Assembly (NCBI GenBank): GCA_017449065.1 | Contig: JAFSKF010000049.1 | Location: 3,630 to 67,629 of the forward strand | Length of the DNA: 64,000 nt | DNA from: Bacteroidales bacterium | GTDB taxonomy: Bacteria > Bacteroidota > Bacteroidia > Bacteroidales > UBA3663 | Reading direction: 5' to 3' | In this document: positions 20,138-30,334 of the stretch, in pieces | How positions within the stretch are numbered: position 1 is the stretch's first letter | Layout: each line of letters begins with the position of its first letter | Notes under the pieces: model-generated | Databases searched by the model: none | Seen by the model: the letters and a program-made list of their open reading frames with translations, nothing else | Told to the model about the DNA's origin: nothing | Translations under genes and position numbers: made by a program

Positions 20138-20179
20138 CAAAAAACTGCCATTTTTTTTGTTTTTCTTGAAAAAAAACTA

Positions 20180-20187
20180 TATCTTTG
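20180..20187 (+). promoter_or_regulatory. Bacteroidota-type -7 promoter box for rnr
   Basis: TATCTTTG lies inside the track ORF's N-terminal extension, which supports ATG 20217 (MAKSKSTK...) as the start. Confidence 0.55.
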
Positions 20188-20216
20188 CGGCGTTCGACAA
20201 CAAAAAACATGAAAAC

Positions 20217-22391
20217 ATGGCAAAATCCAAATCAACCAAACTGATAGAGAGAATCACCGAATGGTTCAGCCAGCATCCGAATAATTCCTATAACTATTTG
20301 CAAATTTCGCAGGAGTTGGGCATCTTCGGTCGGAGTAACCGTGCCGATGTTTACGATATGCTGATACTTTTGCAGCAACAGGGCTTTCTGCGCGAAGTGT
20401 CAACAGGCCGTTATGCGCTGAGTCAGACTTCTCGTAAGTCGGAAGAACTGGAGGGTGTCTTCGACCGTCGCCACAACGGCATGCACCAAGTGACCGTGGA
20501 AGGTTACGAACTTCCGTTCACGGTGTATGACGGCGATGATATGCAGGCACTGCCGGGCGACAAGGTGCGTATTCAGAAAGTGCCGGGTCGCAACCGGGGA
20601 CGTTCCTCTCGGGGTGCCGGAGGTCCGCAGGCCCGTGTGGTGGAGGTGATTGAACGTGTGCCACACCGGTATGTGGGCGTCTTGCAGAAGAACAACAAGT
20701 ACGCTTTCGTCACGCCCGACAACCGCTCTCTGGATAAGGATATCTACATCCCCAACGAGTTGCTCCATAAGGCCAAAGACGGCGATAAGGTGGTGGTCGA
20801 TTTCGAACGTTGGCCGGCTTTCTCGAAAAACCCGATCGGTAGAGTGGTGGATGTGCTGGGTGCCAAGGGAGAGAACACCGCTGAGATGCATTCCATTCTG
20901 GCAGAGTATGGTCTGCCTTACAAGTATCCTCAACAGGTTGTGAAGGCCGCCAACCGGATTCAGGACGGTTGCACACCCGAGGAAATTGCCAATCGTCTGG
21001 ATTATCGCGACGTGGTGACATTCACCATCGATCCGGCAGATGCCAAAGACTTCGACGACGCCCTTTCGCTCCGGAAACTGGAAAACGGACACTGGGAAGC
21101 TGGTGTTCATATTGCCGATGTCACGTTTTATGTCCGCCCGGATTCGGTAGTGGAGAAAGAGGCTTTCAACCGTGCAACCTCGGTTTATCTGGTCGATCGG
21201 ACCATCCCGATGTTGCCGGAACGCCTGTGTAACGAGCTTTGTTCGTTGCGTCAGGACGAAGACAAACTGACCTACAGTGTGCTTTTCGAAATGGACGATG
21301 ATGCGAATGTGCTGAAACATCGTATTGTGCGGACCGTCATTCGCAGCAACCGGCGCTTCAATTACGAGGAGGCGCAGAATATCATCGAGACCGGACAGGG
21401 CGATTTCGCCAAAGAAGTGTTGCAGCTCGACCGTCTGGCCAAGCAGTTGCGTGCCCGCCGCTTTGCAGAAGGAGCCATTGCCTTCGATCGTGCCGAAGTG
21501 AAGTTCAAGCTTGACGAGAAAGGCGCTCCGGTGGATGTATATTTCAAAGTATCGAAGGACGCCAATAAGCTGGTAGAGGAATTCATGCTGCTCGCCAACC
21601 GTACTGTGGCTGAAGCCATCGGAGCTGTCGGTGAGGGCAATACACGCGCCAAAGGGAAGACCAATAAGAAAGCCAAGACCTTCGTCTATCGCGTGCACGA
21701 CCAACCCTTGCCCGAGAAACTGGAGAACCTGGCAAGTCTGGCATCCCGCTTCGGACACAAGATGCCTGCTACGGGCAACAACAAGACCATCAGTCAGGGC
21801 ATTAACCGGCTGATGACCGAGATACACGACCGGCCGGAAGAGAACATGCTTTCCATGCTGGCCATCCGTTCGATGGCAAAAGCGGTCTATACCACCGAGA
21901 ACATCGGACACTACGGATTGGCATTTAAGTATTATACGCACTTTACATCCCCGATCCGTCGCTATCCGGATTGCATGGTGCACCGGTTGCTGAACCGCTA
22001 CCTGAACGAAGGCGGACGAAGTGTACCGCGTGAGCAGTACGAAGAGTATTGTAAGCATTGCTCGGAAATGGAGCAGCTGGCAGCTTCTGCTGAGCGTGCT
22101 TCCATCAAGTACAAGCAGGCTGAATATCTGGCTGCGCGCATGGGGCAGGAGTTTGAAGGAACTGTCAGCGGTGTGTCGGAATGGGGTATCTATGTGGAAC
22201 TGAACGACAGCAAGTGCGAAGGCTTGGTGTCGGTGCGCGACTTGAAGGATGATCACTATGTTTTCGACGAGAAGAACTTCTGCCTCATCGGACGTCGCAC
22301 CCACAAACGCTATACCTTGGGTGATGCCCTGACCATTAAGGTGGCTGCCGTCAATATGGAGCGCCGCACAATCGACTTTGTCTTAGCCTAA
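20217..22391 (+). CDS. rnr: Ribonuclease R (RNase II/R family 3'-5' exoribonuclease)
   Basis: RNB-domain motifs (...FTIDPADAKDFDDALS..., ...YLVDRTIPMLPERLCNELCSL..., ...HYGLAFKYYTHFTSPIRRYPD...) and a C-terminal S1 domain (...EGTVSGVSEWGIYVEL...). Confidence 0.95.
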   Translation: MAKSKSTKLIERITEWFSQHPNNSYNYLQISQELGIFGRSNRADVYDMLILLQQQGFLREVSTGRYALSQTSRKSEELEGVFDRRHNGMHQVTVEGYELPFTVYDGDDMQALPGDKVRIQKVPGRNRGRSSRGAGGPQARVVEVIERVPHRYVGVLQKNNKYAFVTPDNRSLDKDIYIPNELLHKAKDGDKVVVDFERWPAFSKNPIGRVVDVLGAKGENTAEMHSILAEYGLPYKYPQQVVKAANRIQDGCTPEEIANRLDYRDVVTFTIDPADAKDFDDALSLRKLENGHWEAGVHIADVTFYVRPDSVVEKEAFNRATSVYLVDRTIPMLPERLCNELCSLRQDEDKLTYSVLFEMDDDANVLKHRIVRTVIRSNRRFNYEEAQNIIETGQGDFAKEVLQLDRLAKQLRARRFAEGAIAFDRAEVKFKLDEKGAPVDVYFKVSKDANKLVEEFMLLANRTVAEAIGAVGEGNTRAKGKTNKKAKTFVYRVHDQPLPEKLENLASLASRFGHKMPATGNNKTISQGINRLMTEIHDRPEENMLSMLAIRSMAKAVYTTENIGHYGLAFKYYTHFTSPIRRYPDCMVHRLLNRYLNEGGRSVPREQYEEYCKHCSEMEQLAASAERASIKYKQAEYLAARMGQEFEGTVSGVSEWGIYVELNDSKCEGLVSVRDLKDDHYVFDEKNFCLIGRRTHKRYTLGDALTIKVAAVNMERRTIDFVLA

Positions 22392-22393
22392 TA

Positions 22394-22438
22394 CCCATTC
22401 TCCCCATTAGTCCCACTAACCCCATGAGCCCCATCCCC
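22394..22438 (+). repeat. 5 x 9-bp C-rich tandem array 3 nt after the rnr stop
   Basis: CCCATTCTC CCCATTAGT CCCACTAAC CCCATGAGC CCCATCCCC. The complement has six G3-4 runs. Confidence 0.85.
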
Positions 22439-22606
22439 GATGTTACATTTTTTTAATCTTCAAAATTTGTAACATTACTATCGGGGAGCGGCTCAAGAAT
22501 TAAAAAATAATCCCAAGAGGGGGAAATTTGTTTTAATTATGGGGTAAATTTAAGCAAACATACAATTTTTCACCTTTTTGTATTTTACCTTTTCATAGAA
22601 AAACAT

Positions 22607-22614
22607 TAACTTTG
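22607..22614 (+). promoter_or_regulatory. Bacteroidota-type -7 promoter box for the PUL
   Basis: TAACTTTG about 80 nt upstream of ATG 22692. Confidence 0.55.
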
Positions 22615-22691
22615 CACCGCATTTTGAAATTATACCATACTACGTGGAACAAGAATTTTCAGACTGAATAAACAAATATCTAACATAACTC

Positions 22692-25157
22692 ATGAAAAAA
22701 ATGCTTCTCGGTAAAAGCAAATTAGTTGGCTGCGCACTGGCTTTGGCTTCGCTCGCCGGTCTGACCGTATCCTGTCAGGAGGATATGAAAGACTACTACG
22801 AGGAACCCAATTGGCTCAAGGGCAGTATTTACGAGATTTTGGAGGACAATGGTAACTACAGCCTGTTCCTCAAGGGAGTGGATCTCTGTGACTATACAGA
22901 CTTGCTGAAAGGTCGTTCGATATTGACAGTCATGGCTCCGGATGATGCTTCTATGAGCAGTTATCTGCAAACGAACTATGGAACCACCGATTTGGAGGCG
23001 CTGCCTTTGTCAGAAGTAAAGAAGCTGATAGGCTTCCATCTCCTTTATTATTCCTTCGATTCACAGAAACTTCGGAACTTCCGTCCGCTTGAGGGAGATG
23101 GTGCCACAGAGGAGGAAAAAGAGGTTAATGCAGGTTTGTATTATAAGTTCCGTACACGCAGTCAGGATGCACCTACACAGGTTCAGGCGTCACGTATGAT
23201 TGATGCTTCCGGAGCTATTGTAGATACTGTAGGAGTTACCGTGGACATATATCATCTGGAGCGTTTCATTCCGGTTTTCTCGAAGTACATGTTCCAGACC
23301 AAAGTTATCGATGCCAAGAAGAACTATGAGTATTTCTTCCCCAATACAGAATGGAAAGGCGACGATGCTTCGAGTCTGGGTTTCAACGTGTCCGACGCAG
23401 TTGTCACGAACGAGCAGGAAGTGATTGCCAAGAACGGTTATATCTATTATGTTGATCGAGTGATTCGTCCCTTGGAGACCATCTACAAAGAGTTGGAAAG
23501 CAATTCCGACTATTCTCAGTATCTGGCGCTCTATGATCAGTATGGTTACTACACTTTGAACGAAGATCTGACCAATACTTACGGTGGCGGTACCAAGACC
23601 TATTATTCCAAGTATTACCAAAGTTCCTATCGCTTGCCGAATATCTGGTTAGAGTGGCCGGTAAGTATTTATAGCGAGATGGCAACGCTTTCAAGAGCCA
23701 GTTATTCTATTTTTGCTCCGACCAATTCGGCATTCGATAATTTCTATAGAGACTATTGGGGTCAGCCGGGAACCGGTTATCCGACGGAAGTCAGCTACGA
23801 TTCAATAGCAAGCGACGCTATCGGCTACCTGCTTTCCAACTCTGTTTACAGTTCTTTGTGTTTCCCCGAAGAAATCACCAATGGCGATATTCAGAACGCC
23901 ACTACAGGAACTGTGATCTCATTCGATCCGGAAGGAGTTCCGCAGGCCAATCGTCGTATGTGCGTCAACGGTGTGCTGTACGGTCAGAGCATTTTGACGC
24001 CTCCAGCCGTATTCGGTTCGGTGTCTGGTCCTGCTTATCAGTATAAGAAATATAATCTTTTCCTGCAGTTCCTCAACAGAAGCGCCATGCTTTCGGAACT
24101 TTTCTCCGATCAGGTGAAATACATTGTACTCTATCCGAACGATGCCCAGTTCGAATCGAACGAGATTTGGTATGATAGCATATCGGGCAACATCAAGTCC
24201 GGACTGATAGGATCTACAACGGCCGTTAATTTGGGTTCTTCTGCGCAATCGCAATACGCCAAGGCCCATATCATCAACCTGTATGGTGCCACCGATGCTT
24301 TGCCGGAAGGCAGTGGCGTGAAGGTCTATCGTACCTTTGCCGACAATAAACTCTATATTTATGTAAAAGACGGAAAGATTTCAAACAGCTACCAGCTGAA
24401 CAATCTGTTGCAGTATGCCGGAAACATGGAGCCGGATGCTTCGTCTGTATGGACCGACTTCGATGAAATCCTGTTCCGAGGTGAAGAGTGGAGTAACGGA
24501 CATTGCTACGCATACGATACGCAGAACAATAGCTTCCTGTTGCCAGGTAACCTTGACAATGCCACCTACGCCAATTTCGTGCCGCTGATGTATGCGCACC
24601 GAAATGATGAGGGTACCCTTTTCCAGGGCTTTATCCAATTGCTCATGAAAGCTGATATGATTGATGAGCAGGCGCAGACTATGAACTATCAGACTGAAAA
24701 CTGCATCATGCTGATTCCGACCACGATGGCTATCAAGCAAGCCATCCTTGCAGGAACTTTCCCGCATGTGATTACGACGGCGACATCGGCCGATGATGCT
24801 GATTTCTGGAATCTCACCACTGTCAAAGAGGGTGAATTGGAGGCTTTGCAGCACTATATGCTTCAGTATTTCCTGCCGGAATCGACTTCTCCGGCTACCG
24901 AATATCCTTATTTGGGCTGGGAACAGGATACCGAGGGCTCTGGTGGTATTCCATCCATTCAGGATGTGCAGACAACGCCAGCCACCTGTGTTTATATCAA
25001 TATCTACGACCGGGGAAGCCAGTTGACGGCCAAAGTGACGGGTAGCGACAAGGAGGTTGCATTCTATAGTGGCTATGATTATCTCCCGTTCGTGTTCAAT
25101 GATGGCTGCATTCAATTCATGGAAGGCATCTTCGATGATGTTTGGCCGGTATATTAA
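22692..25157 (+). CDS. Fasciclin (FAS1)-domain surface lipoprotein
   Basis: 821 aa; lipobox ...LTVSC followed by QEDMKDYYEE. FAS1-like segments ...SILTVMAPDDASMSSYL... and ...YSIFAPTNSAFDNF.... Confidence 0.7.
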   Translation: MKKMLLGKSKLVGCALALASLAGLTVSCQEDMKDYYEEPNWLKGSIYEILEDNGNYSLFLKGVDLCDYTDLLKGRSILTVMAPDDASMSSYLQTNYGTTDLEALPLSEVKKLIGFHLLYYSFDSQKLRNFRPLEGDGATEEEKEVNAGLYYKFRTRSQDAPTQVQASRMIDASGAIVDTVGVTVDIYHLERFIPVFSKYMFQTKVIDAKKNYEYFFPNTEWKGDDASSLGFNVSDAVVTNEQEVIAKNGYIYYVDRVIRPLETIYKELESNSDYSQYLALYDQYGYYTLNEDLTNTYGGGTKTYYSKYYQSSYRLPNIWLEWPVSIYSEMATLSRASYSIFAPTNSAFDNFYRDYWGQPGTGYPTEVSYDSIASDAIGYLLSNSVYSSLCFPEEITNGDIQNATTGTVISFDPEGVPQANRRMCVNGVLYGQSILTPPAVFGSVSGPAYQYKKYNLFLQFLNRSAMLSELFSDQVKYIVLYPNDAQFESNEIWYDSISGNIKSGLIGSTTAVNLGSSAQSQYAKAHIINLYGATDALPEGSGVKVYRTFADNKLYIYVKDGKISNSYQLNNLLQYAGNMEPDASSVWTDFDEILFRGEEWSNGHCYAYDTQNNSFLLPGNLDNATYANFVPLMYAHRNDEGTLFQGFIQLLMKADMIDEQAQTMNYQTENCIMLIPTTMAIKQAILAGTFPHVITTATSADDADFWNLTTVKEGELEALQHYMLQYFLPESTSPATEYPYLGWEQDTEGSGGIPSIQDVQTTPATCVYINIYDRGSQLTAKVTGSDKEVAFYSGYDYLPFVFNDGCIQFMEGIFDDVWPVY

Positions 25158-25181
25158 GTGTAATGAGAAAAGAGTAAACTG

Positions 25182-28100
25182 ATGATGAAACAGCTCAAAT
25201 ATATATTTGCCCTTGTGCTTCTGACGACAGTTTGTCCTGTTGCCATGATGGCTCAATCTGTAATTACGGGTACCGTATATGAAATGTTTGGCGGCGATAA
25301 GGAGCCCTGTATGGGTGTGAACGTTGCCGTAGTGAATGATCAGAATCGTACACTTACCGGTACTACTACCGATATGGATGGTAACTATTCCATCAAGATG
25401 CCAGTCGGATCGAAATTGACGTTGGTCTTTTCGTTTATCGGTATGCAGTCACAGCGCGTGGAATATACCGGACAGAAAAAACTGGACGTGACCATGCAGG
25501 AAGATTCCAAGCAGTTGTCGGAAGTGGTGGTGGCCACCGAGCGCACCATTAAGTCCGACCTCGGTGTTTCGACCAAACAGTTCACGGGTGCTTCGCAGCG
25601 TGTAGATATGGCCGAACTGGCAGAGATCACTCCGGTAAACTCTGTGGAGGAAATGCTGCAGGGCCAGATGGCAGGTGTGGATATCCTGACCGGCGGTGAC
25701 CCAGGTGCCAAGGGTTCTATCCGTATTCGCGGTACAGCTACCCTGAACAGTAGCGCCGATCCGTTGATTGTTATTAACGGTGTGCCTTATAATACCGATA
25801 TTGCTGACGATTTCGATTTCTCGACCGCCAATACTGAAGACTTTGCCGATATGCTTTCATTAAACCCTGCCGATATCGAGAATATCGAGGTTCTGAAAGA
25901 TGCAGCTTCTACGGCACTTTATGGAACCAAGGGTGCCAATGGCGTTCTTCTGATTACCACCAAGCGCGGCCAGCGCGGTAAGCCGAAGTTCACCTTCACG
26001 CACAAATCGACCTTGAAAATGGAACCGGATGCCATTCCGATGCTGAATGGTAATGAATATACCGCCTATATGCAGGATGCTATCTGGAATACTGCTAATG
26101 CACGCGGACTTGCCAATTCCGGGACCTTGCTCGATATGCTATTCTCCGAGAAGTCGTATGCCATCGGATATCAGCCCGACTGGTCGTATTTCGACGAGTA
26201 TAATGCCAATACCAATTGGGTGGACGATGTTCGTAAGAACGCCTATTCGACCGAGAATAACTTCTCAATGTCGGGTGGTGGCGATAAGGCAACCTACCGT
26301 TTCTCTTTGGGCTATACTTCGGAAGACGGTACAACGAAAGCTACCGATATGCGTCGTCTGACTTCCAGTCTGCGTATCGGTTACAACTTCTCCGATCGTC
26401 TCAATGTGCAGGCCGAGTTTACGTATTCTGACACCAAGAATACTCAGGATTTCTTCGGTTCTTCCAAACTGCGTACGGAAGCTCAGCGTAAGATGCCGAA
26501 TAAGTCGCCTTATTATATCGACGATGCTACGGGTAAGGCTACTGACATCTATTTCACCTATCAGGATGCCAATGAGTTCCAAGGAGCCTTCGACGGAGAC
26601 AACTCGAAGAATTTCCATCCGATTGCCGCTTATGAGGAATCGTGGAACAACACGAATACCAAGGAGGAGAAGATGACGATTTCGCCGAAGTATGTCATTA
26701 TTCAGAGCGAAGACAAAGTGCCGATTCTCCAGTATCAGGGCTATGTTTCCATGAAATTCAAGACGGTAAAGAACAATAAATTCCTTCCACAGGAAGTTAC
26801 CGGTGTTGATATCAATAGCAAGTATTGTAATCAATCGACCGACTCCTACACGAACAACTTCCTGTTGCAGTCGGAAACCAAGTTGCTCTACAACCAGTCG
26901 TTCCGCGAGGATATGCACAATATTGTGGCTACTGCTATCTGGCGTACTTCGCAGAGCCAGGGTTCTTCACACTCCGATATCGTTTATGGTGTGGCTAACG
27001 GGCACATGTACGACCCTGTGAATGGCGGGACTCTTTACAGTGGTTCCCTTAATTCGGGTACCTCCGATGCCCGCACGCTTTCTTTGATCGGCAACCTGAA
27101 CTATACCTTCATGAAATGGATTACCGTGAACGGTACCTGGAACTACGAAGGAAATTCGGCGATTGCCAAGGATAACCGATGGGGTCTCTTCCAGTCGTAT
27201 GGCGGTGCCTTGAACTTGCAGGAGATTGAATCGTTGGCCGAGAAGACCGAACGGTGGTTGTCGCAGGCCAAGATCCGCTACAGCTGGGGTCAGTCAGGCC
27301 AGGCACCGAGCGGCACTTCTCCATACGTGGGCACTTATACCGCACTTACTTCAAAGTATGGTACAGCCACACCGATCATTCCTAATTCCATGCAGTTGGA
27401 AAAGTTGAAATGGGAGACTTCAGAAGAATGGGACTTGGGTACTGATCTCGGCTTTTTCAACAACAAGCTGACGATGACCTTCGACTACTACGACAAGAAG
27501 ACGCATGATCTGTTGCAGAAGAAAGTCAAGGTAGCATCTACCTCAGCCTATTCCACGATAGCTTGGACCAACAGCGGTTCGGTGGAGAACAAAGGTTGGG
27601 AATACCGCATCGATTACGAGATCTTCAAGAACAAGAAGTGGCTTGTAAAGATGGACTTTAATATCGCACGCAACGAGAACGAAATCCTGAAACTGCCGTC
27701 GAACCTGACAGAGGATACTTATTCCTTCGGTAACGGCAACTATGCTCAGAAACTGCTGATCGGCACGCCTACAGGTTCATTCTTCGGCTACCGTTACAAA
27801 GGTGTTTACCAGAATACCGAAGATACCTATGCACGTGATGCAGAAGGAGGCATCATGCGCGACCTGAGCGGGAATGCCATCGTCATGAAGAACGGTTCGT
27901 ATCTTTGCTATCCGGGCGATGCCAAATATGAGGACATCAATCACGATGGTATTATCGATGAGAACGATATCGTCTATATCGGCAACTGTAACCCGATGGT
28001 GACCGGTGGTGCCGGTATTTCGGCCAAGTACAAAGACTGGACGCTTTCCATGCGTTTCAACTACCGCCTCGGACAGAAGGTTATCAATTCCTCGCGAATG

Positions 28101-28487
28101 AACAATGAGGCAATGTATAATACCGATAACCAGTCGAAAGCCGTGTTGCGGCGCTGGCGTTCGGAAGGAGATCAGACGGATATTCCTCGCGCGCTATATA
28201 ATTATGGTTACAACTACTTGGGTTCAGACCGTTTCGTGGAAGACTGCTCTTATGTGCGCTTGCAGACGGTGACACTCAATTACAAAGTGCCGAAGAAATG
28301 GTGCGAGAAGCTACATGCCTCAAGTATTTCATGTTTCGTAACCGGTTACGATCTGCTGACCTTCACCGACTATAAGGGTCAGGATCCGGAAGTAACATTG
28401 CCTAAGAAGGTAACCGATCTTTCGGAGGATAGCAGTACAACTCCGCGCAGCCGTCGTATCGCTGCCGGTCTGACGGTGAATTTCTAA
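25182..28487 (+). CDS. SusC/RagA-family TonB-dependent outer-membrane transporter (pair 1)
   Basis: 1101 aa. N-terminal carboxypeptidase-regulatory-like domain (VITGTVYE...DMDGNYSIKM), plug (...IENIEVLKDAASTALYGTKGANGVLLITTKRG) and C-terminal ...AAGLTVNF. Confidence 0.95.
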   Translation: MMKQLKYIFALVLLTTVCPVAMMAQSVITGTVYEMFGGDKEPCMGVNVAVVNDQNRTLTGTTTDMDGNYSIKMPVGSKLTLVFSFIGMQSQRVEYTGQKKLDVTMQEDSKQLSEVVVATERTIKSDLGVSTKQFTGASQRVDMAELAEITPVNSVEEMLQGQMAGVDILTGGDPGAKGSIRIRGTATLNSSADPLIVINGVPYNTDIADDFDFSTANTEDFADMLSLNPADIENIEVLKDAASTALYGTKGANGVLLITTKRGQRGKPKFTFTHKSTLKMEPDAIPMLNGNEYTAYMQDAIWNTANARGLANSGTLLDMLFSEKSYAIGYQPDWSYFDEYNANTNWVDDVRKNAYSTENNFSMSGGGDKATYRFSLGYTSEDGTTKATDMRRLTSSLRIGYNFSDRLNVQAEFTYSDTKNTQDFFGSSKLRTEAQRKMPNKSPYYIDDATGKATDIYFTYQDANEFQGAFDGDNSKNFHPIAAYEESWNNTNTKEEKMTISPKYVIIQSEDKVPILQYQGYVSMKFKTVKNNKFLPQEVTGVDINSKYCNQSTDSYTNNFLLQSETKLLYNQSFREDMHNIVATAIWRTSQSQGSSHSDIVYGVANGHMYDPVNGGTLYSGSLNSGTSDARTLSLIGNLNYTFMKWITVNGTWNYEGNSAIAKDNRWGLFQSYGGALNLQEIESLAEKTERWLSQAKIRYSWGQSGQAPSGTSPYVGTYTALTSKYGTATPIIPNSMQLEKLKWETSEEWDLGTDLGFFNNKLTMTFDYYDKKTHDLLQKKVKVASTSAYSTIAWTNSGSVENKGWEYRIDYEIFKNKKWLVKMDFNIARNENEILKLPSNLTEDTYSFGNGNYAQKLLIGTPTGSFFGYRYKGVYQNTEDTYARDAEGGIMRDLSGNAIVMKNGSYLCYPGDAKYEDINHDGIIDENDIVYIGNCNPMVTGGAGISAKYKDWTLSMRFNYRLGQKVINSSRMNNEAMYNTDNQSKAVLRRWRSEGDQTDIPRALYNYGYNYLGSDRFVEDCSYVRLQTVTLNYKVPKKWCEKLHASSISCFVTGYDLLTFTDYKGQDPEVTLPKKVTDLSEDSSTTPRSRRIAAGLTVNF

Positions 28488-28508
28488 TAGATTGTTGACA
28501 TTTGACAA

Positions 28509-30305
28509 ATGATAATAATGAAAAAGATATTTAGTATTGTTGCCAAAGGGGTGCTCGCCGCTTGTCTGTTGCCCATTCCGACGGCGTGTTCCGACTTCCT
28601 TGAAGTGACACCCGAGAACTCTCAGGTGGCCGACGATTATTGGAAAACCGAAGCAGATGTTGAAAACATGCTTTTCGGCGGTTACTACGATTTGCGGGCA
28701 ACGGTCGAGCCTTTTCTTATTCCTTGGGGCGAGGTCCGTCTGGGTATGGTTTATAATGCCAGATCGACAACCAAACTGCAGTCTTGGCAGATGACATCGA
28801 GCCAGAGCCTTTGCAACTGGTCCTCTTTCTACCAGATCATTAACATCGCTAACACGGTGCTGGAACGGGCCAGTGAGGCACAGGCTGCCGACGATACCTA
28901 CAGTGAGGCATCGATGCGTAGCCACTATTGTGAGGCTTACTTCCTGCGTGCGCTTTCCTATTTCTATCTGGTGCGCAATTTCCGCGACGTCCCGATGCCA
29001 CTTAAGGCCTATGCCGACGATAATGTGGAGATTAACCTGGCCAAGAGTGATGAGGCGACTGTGATTGCACAGATTAAAGCCGATTTGCGGAATGCTTTGG
29101 CAACGGGTGCCGCCAAGGAAAGTTTCCCAACCACTTGGGAGACGAAAGGCCGTGCCACCAAGTGGGCTATCTACGCGCTGATGGCAGATGTGTGTCTGTG
29201 GAGCGAGGACTATGAAGGATGTATTCAGTACTGCGATATGGTTTTGAATGCTAAAGGTGCTAAGACGCCAGCCTTTATGGCAACTCCGACTCGTTCGAAT
29301 TTTATGTCGATGTTCAACCCAGGCAATTCAAACGAGTCTATCTTCGAGATCCAGTATAATTACGAGGAGGAACAGACAAACACATTGCCGATTCTTTTCG
29401 ATGATATTAACGTGGAGAATACTTATGCCGTTTCGCCTGATGCTTGCACAGACTTCGTGAACGAGTTTACAAGCATTGCCGGTGATGATGAAGTATCGCT
29501 TACCGGACGCGAATCCGCCCGTACATATCATTCCTCTTTCTATCCCGGTGCCGGAGCCGGTATGTCTTACGGCCTGTCGAAGGGTTATGTCTGGAAGTAT
29601 CTCGGTTCAACTACCGAAGACAAGAAGCGTACTTCAACCTATTATGATCCTAATTTCATCATTTATCGTGTGGCAGACGTAATGCTTATGAAGGCAGAAG
29701 CCGCTTTCCGTCTGCTGGAAGAAATGCCTGAAGATATTCAGCGCATGGAACAGCAGGTAAATGCCTGGATTGCTGATAACAGCTACGAGGAGTGGGATGA
29801 CGATCTGGGCGATGTAGTTACCGTAACGGATCCGATGCCGGCTGACATTCAGGCACTGAAAGATGCTGTATCGGCTTGGAGCGAGAAGAACAATACCTAC
29901 AAACTGATGGGTATCTCTCTGATCAACCGTATTCGTGAACGTGCCGGATATACGGCTGCCGACAATGTGGCAGGTTCTGTCTATAAATTGTCTGATCCGT
30001 CGGAGGCTTACGCAATTCTGGAAACCAAAAGTCAGCAGGAACTGTTGGAAATGGTACTCAACGAGCGAAAGATGGAGTTCTTGGGTGAAGGTAAGATCTG
30101 GTATGACGTGCTTCGCATGGGACGCGCCAACAACAACCAGTTCAAGCAAGACTTCTTGGTGGAGCAGGTTGTGAAATATAATACATCGGCTTCAGAATCC
30201 TGGTTGCGATCAGTGCTCAATTCCGACAATGCCTTGTTCCTGCCGATTCTGGCTTCTGAAATTGAACGTAATGCCAACCTGGTACAAAACCCCTATTATA
30301 ACTAA
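28509..30305 (+). CDS. SusD/RagB-family surface lipoprotein (pair 1)
   Basis: 598 aa directly downstream of SusC. Lipobox ...PTACSDFLEV; the ...YFLRALSYFYLVRNFRDVP... and C-terminal ...NANLVQNPYYN patterns are typical of SusD. Possible start at 28518 (MKKIF). Confidence 0.9.
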   Translation: MIIMKKIFSIVAKGVLAACLLPIPTACSDFLEVTPENSQVADDYWKTEADVENMLFGGYYDLRATVEPFLIPWGEVRLGMVYNARSTTKLQSWQMTSSQSLCNWSSFYQIINIANTVLERASEAQAADDTYSEASMRSHYCEAYFLRALSYFYLVRNFRDVPMPLKAYADDNVEINLAKSDEATVIAQIKADLRNALATGAAKESFPTTWETKGRATKWAIYALMADVCLWSEDYEGCIQYCDMVLNAKGAKTPAFMATPTRSNFMSMFNPGNSNESIFEIQYNYEEEQTNTLPILFDDINVENTYAVSPDACTDFVNEFTSIAGDDEVSLTGRESARTYHSSFYPGAGAGMSYGLSKGYVWKYLGSTTEDKKRTSTYYDPNFIIYRVADVMLMKAEAAFRLLEEMPEDIQRMEQQVNAWIADNSYEEWDDDLGDVVTVTDPMPADIQALKDAVSAWSEKNNTYKLMGISLINRIRERAGYTAADNVAGSVYKLSDPSEAYAILETKSQQELLEMVLNERKMEFLGEGKIWYDVLRMGRANNNQFKQDFLVEQVVKYNTSASESWLRSVLNSDNALFLPILASEIERNANLVQNPYYN

Positions 30306-30334
30306 TCGGAAACTTCGTAATACACCAAACCGCT

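Noticed and set aside
20400-22304. 634-aa ORF antisense to rnr
   Set aside because: Mirror frame of a gene with unmistakable RNase R motifs. No independent start context or domain.
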